A stretch of 64,000 bases of DNA from Myxococcales bacterium. Lineage in GTDB: Bacteria; Myxococcota_A; UBA9160; UBA4427. The notes below the pieces were generated by a model. That model made no database searches. It saw only the letters and a list, made by a program, of their open reading frames with translations, and had not been told where the DNA came from. Made by a program: the position numbers and the translations under genes. Where the stretch lies: assembly GCA_014240165.1 (NCBI GenBank), contig JAAZXM010000017.1, positions 2,381 through 66,380 of the forward strand, written 5' to 3'. Shown one piece after another: positions 55,085 through 62,297 of this stretch; positions within the stretch are counted from its first letter, which is position 1, and every line of letters starts with the position of its first letter.

Positions 55085-56083
55085 TTACTGGCCTGCAGAA
55101 GGATGCCGCGGCTCCCAATTCTGGAGCCACGCCGGCTCGGCGTGGAGATCCATCCGTGAGTTCACGGGGTAGACCCAGGGATAGAAACCCGTGCTCTCGA
55201 GTTCGCCGGCCCGGATGGCGGCCAGGGCCGACTCCAGGTCTTCCACGTCCGAGAGCGCAAGCTCCGGGGCGCCGGGCGGCTCCATGCGGTGAGCGCCGAA
55301 GATCCGTGTCTGGGGGGAGGCCGCTGCGAGCAGGGTCTGCGCGCCCTGCACGTAATCCCCCATACCGCTGTTGGGCAGGAAGGCAAAAAGAGGCCCGTGG
55401 TAGATGAAATCGCCGCTGAAGAGCAGGCCCGCTTCGCGATCGAGCAGCGAGATCGAATCCTCGGTGTGGCCCGGGGTATAGAGCACTTCGAGCACCCGGC
55501 CGCCCAGGTCCATGCGCGAACCCGGGGCGAGCCACTCGTCCACCTCGAGCACGGGCGCCTCGAAACCTTCGGCTGTGCCGAGGTGCTCGTCGAAAGTGAG
55601 CAGGAGTTGCCCGTCCGGTGCCCGGGCGCGCAGGTAGGGAAGGTCGACCACCGCCACGTGCTCGAAGGTCACCGTGTTGCCCACGTGGTCGTAGTGGAAA
55701 TGCGAGGGAACGAACGTAATGGGCAGGTCCGTCAGTGAGCGCGCAATGGGGCGAATGTCCCGGTGGCCCGGCCCGGCGTCGAAGAGCACGGCGCGCCGGC
55801 TGCCGGTGATCAGGTAGCTGTAGTTCTGCTGGTAGTAGCGCGGCTCGCCGATGGCATAAATGCCTTCGCCCAGGCTCTGGACGGTGAAGTAATCATCGTG
55901 CCAACGAACCCCGGGGCCCTCGTCGCTCGCCGGGGCGAGCCCGGGCGCACCCGCCAGCGAGAGAACGCGCACAAGCAGGGCGTGGCGCTGGTGGATCACA
56001 ACTGCAGCCAGCACGGCCAGCCCCAGGAGGGCGAAACCCAGCCTTCGAATCCAAGGGTTTGCCCGGCGCTCTCGCACTGTCAT
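55085..56083 (-). CDS. Exported MBL-fold metallo-hydrolase
   Basis: N-terminal TM/signal region. Metal motif PSHFHYDHVGN plus downstream TPGHTEDS. Confidence 0.88.
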   Translation of the reverse strand: MTVRERRANPWIRRLGFALLGLAVLAAVVIHQRHALLVRVLSLAGAPGLAPASDEGPGVRWHDDYFTVQSLGEGIYAIGEPRYYQQNYSYLITGSRRAVLFDAGPGHRDIRPIARSLTDLPITFVPSHFHYDHVGNTVTFEHVAVVDLPYLRARAPDGQLLLTFDEHLGTAEGFEAPVLEVDEWLAPGSRMDLGGRVLEVLYTPGHTEDSISLLDREAGLLFSGDFIYHGPLFAFLPNSGMGDYVQGAQTLLAAASPQTRIFGAHRMEPPGAPELALSDVEDLESALAAIRAGELESTGFYPWVYPVNSRMDLHAEPAWLQNWEPRHPSAGQ

Positions 56084-56318
56084 CTCGCCTGCGTAGCCCG
56101 CTCCGGCTCACGCCGCTAACGAATGATCGGGTTCGGGGGAACCACGGACGACATTCCGCAATTATTTGGACTCTCGGCTTCGGAGAGGTCCCCAAGTGTC
56201 CTCCCCTAAGGCGACCAAAACCGAACACAAGCGGACACTATCGGTCACTCAAAAAGTGGATAATCATTGAAAAATCAGCAAATTGGGCGCAACAATCTAG
56301 AAAAGCGGAGGCAGTCCG

Positions 56319-57557
56319 ATGACGACCGTACTCGTGGTTGACGACCAACAGCGCGCTCGGGACCTGCTGGCCATGGAACTCTCGGAAGCCGGTTTCCAGG
56401 TAATCACGGCCGCGGACGGGGAGGAGGGCTGGCAGACCTTTTGTGAGCGCCCCCCGGATGTCGTGGTCACCGACATGGCGATGCCTCGCTGCGATGGCAT
56501 CGAACTCCTGCGGCGAATTCGCACGCGCTCCGATGTTCCCGTCATCGTATTCAGCGGCCACGGTTCGGTGGAGAGTGCGGCGGATGCCTTCAAGGCCGGC
56601 GCCGACGATTTCGTCAATTCCCTCGACGTCGACATCGATGATCTCGTGGGCCTCGTTCACGACGCGGCCAACAGCAGCGACCTGCCCCCGAGCGATGTCG
56701 AATTGGAAAGCCGCCTGGTGGGCGAAAGCCCGGCCATCGCCCGGGTTCGCTGGCAGTTGAATGGGCTCGCTCCGCTGCTGAGCCCGGTGATCGTTTCGGG
56801 TGAACCCGGCACCGGCCGCTCCACGGCGATCCGCGCCCTGCACGAATTGGGCGCCACAAGCGCCGGCCCCCTCCAGTGCATCGACGCGGGCAGCTTCGTC
56901 CCTTCCGACTTTCCCAACAACGGCGCCATCGGGGGCGTTCACCTGGCGGATGTCGAGCACCTGACGCCGGATGCCCAGCAATACTGGCGCAACCGGCTGG
57001 TTCGAGACGAGAACTCGAGCCTGACCAACCACCTTCGGATCTTCGCCAGTACATCGGCCCAGCTGCCCGAACTGATTCGGGCGGGCGCCTTCGATCCGCG
57101 ACTCGGGCAGGCGCTGCTCCGCTTCGAAGTCCAGATGCCACTGCTTCGCGATCGCAAGGGGGATGTTCCCGGGATCGCCGAGGCGCTCTTGAAGAAACTC
57201 GCTAATGCGGTGGGACGCGAGCGCATTCAGCTTTCGCCCGCTGCCCTGAAATACCTGGAAAGTTGCCGTTTTCCCGACAACATCCGCCAACTCGAACGTC
57301 TGTTGGAACGCGCAGTGGCCTACTCGCTGGGGAAGATCGTCCGAAGACAGACCCTGCGCGAGCTGATGGCCGATCTGGAGAAGACCGTGGCCAGCATGCG
57401 GGAGGAGCGGCAGCGCCTGGAGCGGGATCGCCTTCTCGATGCCCTGAGGCAGGCGGGCGGCAATATCACCCAGACCGCCGAGATTCTCGACAAGAGCCGA
57501 TCCGCCATCTATCGGCTCATCAACAAGCACGACATCCCCCTATCCCGGCGCGCTTAG
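56319..57557 (+). CDS. NtrC-family response regulator with degenerate AAA+ domain (no GAFTGA) and Fis-type HTH
   Basis: RBS GGAGG. Intact receiver (VVDDQ..., VVVTDMAMP, FKAGADDF). AAA+ core with GEPGTGRS. C-terminal HTH GGNITQTAEILDKSRSAIYRLINKH. Confidence 0.88.
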   Translation: MTTVLVVDDQQRARDLLAMELSEAGFQVITAADGEEGWQTFCERPPDVVVTDMAMPRCDGIELLRRIRTRSDVPVIVFSGHGSVESAADAFKAGADDFVNSLDVDIDDLVGLVHDAANSSDLPPSDVELESRLVGESPAIARVRWQLNGLAPLLSPVIVSGEPGTGRSTAIRALHELGATSAGPLQCIDAGSFVPSDFPNNGAIGGVHLADVEHLTPDAQQYWRNRLVRDENSSLTNHLRIFASTSAQLPELIRAGAFDPRLGQALLRFEVQMPLLRDRKGDVPGIAEALLKKLANAVGRERIQLSPAALKYLESCRFPDNIRQLERLLERAVAYSLGKIVRRQTLRELMADLEKTVASMREERQRLERDRLLDALRQAGGNITQTAEILDKSRSAIYRLINKHDIPLSRRA

Positions 57558-57573
57558 GCCCGGCGCGCTTAGG
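57544..57573. repeat. Perfect 2x tandem duplication of CCCGGCGCGCTTAGG
   Basis: Copies at 57544-57558 and 57559-57573. Copy 1 contains the regulator TAG stop. Copy 2 supplies the GGAG Shine-Dalgarno of the next gene. Confidence 0.95.
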
Positions 57574-57582
57574 AGTTCGCCC

Positions 57583-59967
57583 ATGCAGCGACTGACCCGG
57601 CTCTGCCTCGAGCATCCCAAGGCAGCCTTCGCTCTATTGCTCTTGGCCACGGTTGTTCTGGGCGCGGGCGTGCCGCGGGTCGAGCAGGCGTACGGGTTCC
57701 GGGTGATGGTCGGGAGCGAGCACCCCGCGATCCAGGCGCTGGATTCGCTGGTCGAGGGGTTCGCGGGGGGCTACCCGGTGCGGATCGCGTGGGAGTGTGG
57801 CGCCGGGCACCCCTGCGAGAATGTCTTCGACCCGGCCTCGCTCGAGATGGCCGAAGCGCTGACGCGGGAACTCTCCACCGAGGCGTCGATCATGAACGTG
57901 GTGGGCCCCGCCAACGCCTCGGTGCTGGTGCCCGGGGAAGACGGCTTCACGGCGCGGCGCTTGGTGGAAAACGGCGCGGTTGTCCGCGACGCGGACGCCC
58001 TGGCGGCGCGCTCGGAGCCCCTCTGGGTGGGGGACCTCGTCTCGGCGGATGCGCGCTTGGGGGTGCTGGTGCTGCAGCCCGCCGATAATCAATCGAGCAC
58101 CGAGGTTCGGGCCGCCGACACCATCGAGAGTATTCTCGAACCCCACCGTGAGCGGGGCTTTTCCTATTTCGTGGTGGGCGATGCGCCGGGCGCCGTTTCC
58201 TCCGGGCGAGCGCTGGCCCAGAGCACCAGCGACCTGATTCCCTACCTGGCCCTTGTCATCGGCGTTCTCCTCTACCTGCTCACGGGTTCCTGGCAGCAGA
58301 CCGGCGTCACCCTGGCCACCATGGGCGTCGCCCTGCTCTGGACATTGGGCGTATTGGGCTGGCTCGCATGGCCCCAGGATGGGATCCTCCAGGTGCTCGC
58401 CCCGGTGGTGGTCATCGTGGGGGTCTGCGATGCCGTGCATTTCCTCCACCGCTACGCGGCGGAGCGGCTTGCGTCGCCCGGGCGACCCAGCCGCCACGGG
58501 CTTCTGGCCGCCGCGCGGGATGCGGGCCCCGCGTGCGTCATCACCTCACTCACCAGCGGCGCGGCCTTCGCATCGTTTGCGTTCAGCGATCTCGACACCT
58601 TTCTGCGCTTCGGCGTGATCCTGACAATCGGCGTGCTCATCTGCCTGCTTCTCAGCTTCTCGCTGCTTCCCCTTCTCATCGACAAGCTGCCCGCCGAGGC
58701 ACCTCGCCCCGCCCGGGTGAGCCGCGCATGGGCGCCGCTGATGGACGGCGCCCTTTCCCTGAGTTCGACGCGGGCTCCGTCTTTGCTCGCGGCGAGTGCT
58801 CTTTTGCTGGGGGTCTTTGGCTTTGGCTGGGCGGTGCACCTCAGTGCCGATACGAATTTGAATGAAGCGATCGGTGACAAGAGCGAGCATTACCATGCGG
58901 TGGCGTCTTTGGAAGAGGCGCTCGGAAGCTCGCAGACGCTGGAACTCGATATCCGATTGCCCCCGGAAGCACGTATCGAGGATGTGGATACCTTGGACCG
59001 CATCGCGGCCCTCTCCCAGGGTCTCTCGAGGGTTCCGGGCCTGGGCCAGGCCGAGAGTGTCCTGAATCTGATTCGCCGGCTCAATCGCCTGGTGCACGCC
59101 GATGCTCCCGAGTTCGAGCGCATCGGCGCTTCAGCGCACGCCAACGCCCAACTGCTCGAACTGCTCGCATTCGACGACCCCGATACCCTTGGGCGCTGGC
59201 TCAGCCTGGATCGCTCGAGGCTGCGCATCTCGCTGGCCAGTCTTTCGGCAAGCCATGCCGAGCGGGAAGCGGCGCTTGTCGAGGTCCGCCGCCAGGTTCG
59301 CCAGGCGCTTCCGGAAAGCTGGGATGTTCGCCTGACCGGAGAGTTCGCCGTCAGCCACGCCTGGGTCCGCGACTTGCAAGCCACCCAGCTCCGCAGCTTC
59401 CCCATTGCGTTCGGTCTCGTCTTCATCCTGGTGTCCATCTTCCTCCGCTCCTGGAAACTCGGCCTGGCCGCCATGGTGCCGACGCTCTTGCCCGTGGTCG
59501 TGGTGCTGGGCGCCATGGGGTGGTTGGGGATGAGCCTCGATGTGGCCCGGGCCATGATCGCCGCGGTGGTGATCGGCATCGGGGTGGACGATGCCATCCA
59601 TGTGTTGTCCCATTACAAGAAGCGCCGGGACGCGGGCGACACCTCCCATGAAGCCATGGGTGCGGCCCTGCGCCACTCGGGCCGCGCGGTGGTGACCACG
59701 TCCATTGCCCTGTCCCTGGGGTTCCTGACCCTGATGATGTCGGCGTGGCAGACGGTGGCGAGTTTTGGGCTCTTCGTCGCCATCTCGATCATCGGCGCCC
59801 TGGTGGCCACGCTTCTCGTGCTGCCCGCCCTGGTATTCGTCGCCGCCCCCCGGCCGGCATTGACCCACAGGGCCTTGCATAGCCCCTCGCATAGCCCCTT
59901 GAACCCCGCGACCCCGCTCACCCCCTCTACACCCGCCACAGCGACCCTGCTGAGAAGGAAGGACTAG
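57583..59967 (+). CDS. RND-superfamily exporter (MMPL/HAE3/HpnN-like, COG1033 type), copy 1
   Basis: 794 aa. 1+5 / 1+5 TM layout with two periplasmic domains. SSD-like segment VVIVGVCDAVHFLHRY and GIGVDDAIHVLSHY. Pro/Thr-rich tail. Confidence 0.85.
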   Translation: MQRLTRLCLEHPKAAFALLLLATVVLGAGVPRVEQAYGFRVMVGSEHPAIQALDSLVEGFAGGYPVRIAWECGAGHPCENVFDPASLEMAEALTRELSTEASIMNVVGPANASVLVPGEDGFTARRLVENGAVVRDADALAARSEPLWVGDLVSADARLGVLVLQPADNQSSTEVRAADTIESILEPHRERGFSYFVVGDAPGAVSSGRALAQSTSDLIPYLALVIGVLLYLLTGSWQQTGVTLATMGVALLWTLGVLGWLAWPQDGILQVLAPVVVIVGVCDAVHFLHRYAAERLASPGRPSRHGLLAAARDAGPACVITSLTSGAAFASFAFSDLDTFLRFGVILTIGVLICLLLSFSLLPLLIDKLPAEAPRPARVSRAWAPLMDGALSLSSTRAPSLLAASALLLGVFGFGWAVHLSADTNLNEAIGDKSEHYHAVASLEEALGSSQTLELDIRLPPEARIEDVDTLDRIAALSQGLSRVPGLGQAESVLNLIRRLNRLVHADAPEFERIGASAHANAQLLELLAFDDPDTLGRWLSLDRSRLRISLASLSASHAEREAALVEVRRQVRQALPESWDVRLTGEFAVSHAWVRDLQATQLRSFPIAFGLVFILVSIFLRSWKLGLAAMVPTLLPVVVVLGAMGWLGMSLDVARAMIAAVVIGIGVDDAIHVLSHYKKRRDAGDTSHEAMGAALRHSGRAVVTTSIALSLGFLTLMMSAWQTVASFGLFVAISIIGALVATLLVLPALVFVAAPRPALTHRALHSPSHSPLNPATPLTPSTPATATLLRRKD

Positions 59968-59972
59968 CCCGC

Positions 59973-62297
59973 ATGCACCGACTCACGGAGTTCTCGCTAC
60001 GCCGGCCCTGGCTGACGTTGGGCATCCTGCTGGCCATCACGGCGGTGCTCGGGGTGGGCGTGCCGAAGGTGAAGCCTGCGTATGGGTTTCGGGTGCTGGT
60101 GGGGGAGGAACATCCGGCGATTATTGCCCTCGATAGTATGATCAGAGAGTTCTCTGGCGGTTACCCGGTGCGGATAGCCTGGGAGTGCGGCCCAGGGAAA
60201 CCTTGTGAGAATGTGTTCGATCACGTTTCTCTCCACATGGCCGACGCTGTGGTGCGGGAACTCACAGCTGCGGACTCCGTGATGAATGTTCTGGGCCCCT
60301 CGAATGCGTCGGTAGTCGTACCTACTGAAGGGGGCTTTGCGGTGCGGCGTTTCGTCGAGAATCGCTTGGTTGTGGACGACACCCACGAACTCGCCCAGCG
60401 TGTCCTCGATGATCCGTTGTGGGTCGGCGATTTGGTGTCCGCTGACGCCCGTGTAGGCGTAATCGTGGTGCAACCCGCCGACAATCATCCACAGACAGAT
60501 CTGAGAGTGACCAGCGCAGTCGACGCGGCCCTTGAGCCGTTTCGAGGTCAGGGGTTCGATTATCACATCGTGGGCGACGGGATCTCAAACGTCTTTTCGG
60601 GTCGCGAGCTCGCTAACAGTACGGGGAAGTTAATTCCATTTCTCGTCATTGTCATCGGGGCGCTGTTGTACCTGCTGACACGATCATGGCAGCAAACCGG
60701 GGTCACGCTAGCAACAATGGGCATCGGGTTCCTGTGGACGCTTGGTGTGATGGGGTGGCTCGGTTGGCCCCAAGACGGAATGCTTGAGGTGCTTCCAGCG
60801 GTGGTGGTCATCGTCGGTGTGTGCGACGCGGTACACCTCCTGATGCGCTTCGCGGCGGAGCGAAGTGTTGACCCAAGCAGATCATCTCAAGGTGCGCTGA
60901 TGGCCGCGGCCAGGGATGCCGGGCCGCCTTGTCTGATCACCACGCTCACCACCGCTGTAGCATTCGCCTCCTTTGCCGCTAGCGATCTCGATACTTTCGT
61001 CCGCTTTGGTGTGATTCTTCCTGTGGGCGTCCTTTCTTGCCTAGTGGTCAGTTTTTCGCTGCTCCCGCTTGCAATCGATCGTCTGCCAAACGAGGCGCTG
61101 CGTTCGGGGCGCGTGAGCGAGTCTTGGGACCACGTGATGGGTTCAGTCGCCGCTACGAGTTTACGGCGGGCGGGGCCGTTGCTTATAGTCAACGTGCTGC
61201 TTTTGGTGTTCTTCGGTTATGGCTGGGCGTCGTATCTTCGTGCTGATACCGATTTGATGAAGGCATATGGTGAGTCGAGCAGGATTGTACAAGCTGTTTC
61301 TTTTTTCGAGAAAGCCCTCGGAAGTTCGCAGGCGCTTGAGTTGGTAGTCACGCTCCCATCAGGTGCAGACATAGCGGATCCGTCCACCTTGGAAACGCTT
61401 TCGAGATTCTCCAAGAGCCTGTCCCAAATAGATGGATTGAGTGAGCCCGAGAGTGTTCTAATTCTAATCAAGCGGATGAATCGACTCTTGCACTCCGATG
61501 CGCCTGAGTTTGAACGATTCGGTGATTCGTCGGCTGTCAACGCCGAGATACTTGAACTGATCGCCTTCGACGATCCAGACAATCTCACTCGCTGGCTTAG
61601 TCTGGATCGCTCAAAGCTTCGGATCTCATCAACCGGGCCGGCGCTGTCGATGAATGAGCGAGAGGCGGCCCTGGAAGCAACGCGTCGTATGACTACGGCT
61701 ATGCTGCCCTCTAGTTGGCAGGTGCAACTAACCGGGGAGTTTTCGATTCACCGGGACTGGGCCCGCGATGTCCAAGCCACCCAGCTCCGCAGCTTCCCCA
61801 TTGCGTTCGGTCTCGTCTTCATCCTGGTGTCCATCTTCCTCCGCTCCTGGAAACTCGGTCTGGCCGCCATGGTGCCGACGCTCTTGCCCGTGGTCGTGGT
61901 GCTGGGCGCCATGGGGTGGTTGGGGATGAGCCTCGATGTGGCCCGGGCCATGATCGCCGCGGTGGTGATCGGCATCGGGGTGGACGATGCGATCCATGTG
62001 TTGTCCCATTACAAGAAGCGCCGGGACGCGGGCGACACCTCCCATGAAGCCATGGGTGCAGCCCTGCGCCACTCGGGCCGCGCGGTGGTGACCACGTCCA
62101 TTGCCCTGTCCCTGGGGTTCCTGACGCTGATGATGTCGGCGTGGCAGACGGTGGCGACATTCGGCTTCTTCGTGGCGCTTTCCATTATGGGGGCGTTGGT
62201 CGCGACGCTGCTGGTGCTGCCCGCCCTGGTGTTCGCGTTTGCGCCCAAGGGCGGCGCAGCGCCGGCTGCCGGGAGCCACGACGAGGGGGTCGCTTGA
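59973..62297 (+). CDS. RND-superfamily exporter (MMPL/HAE3/HpnN-like), copy 2, tandem paralog
   Basis: 774 aa, colinear with copy 1. Visibly lower GC3 over the first three quarters. The last TM bundle is about 99% nucleotide-identical to copy 1. Confidence 0.85.
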   Translation: MHRLTEFSLRRPWLTLGILLAITAVLGVGVPKVKPAYGFRVLVGEEHPAIIALDSMIREFSGGYPVRIAWECGPGKPCENVFDHVSLHMADAVVRELTAADSVMNVLGPSNASVVVPTEGGFAVRRFVENRLVVDDTHELAQRVLDDPLWVGDLVSADARVGVIVVQPADNHPQTDLRVTSAVDAALEPFRGQGFDYHIVGDGISNVFSGRELANSTGKLIPFLVIVIGALLYLLTRSWQQTGVTLATMGIGFLWTLGVMGWLGWPQDGMLEVLPAVVVIVGVCDAVHLLMRFAAERSVDPSRSSQGALMAAARDAGPPCLITTLTTAVAFASFAASDLDTFVRFGVILPVGVLSCLVVSFSLLPLAIDRLPNEALRSGRVSESWDHVMGSVAATSLRRAGPLLIVNVLLLVFFGYGWASYLRADTDLMKAYGESSRIVQAVSFFEKALGSSQALELVVTLPSGADIADPSTLETLSRFSKSLSQIDGLSEPESVLILIKRMNRLLHSDAPEFERFGDSSAVNAEILELIAFDDPDNLTRWLSLDRSKLRISSTGPALSMNEREAALEATRRMTTAMLPSSWQVQLTGEFSIHRDWARDVQATQLRSFPIAFGLVFILVSIFLRSWKLGLAAMVPTLLPVVVVLGAMGWLGMSLDVARAMIAAVVIGIGVDDAIHVLSHYKKRRDAGDTSHEAMGAALRHSGRAVVTTSIALSLGFLTLMMSAWQTVATFGFFVALSIMGALVATLLVLPALVFAFAPKGGAAPAAGSHDEGVA

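Noticed and set aside
56238-57530. 430-aa minus-strand ORF
   Set aside because: Antisense to the response-regulator gene (receiver, AAA+ and HTH motifs, good RBS). No features of its own.
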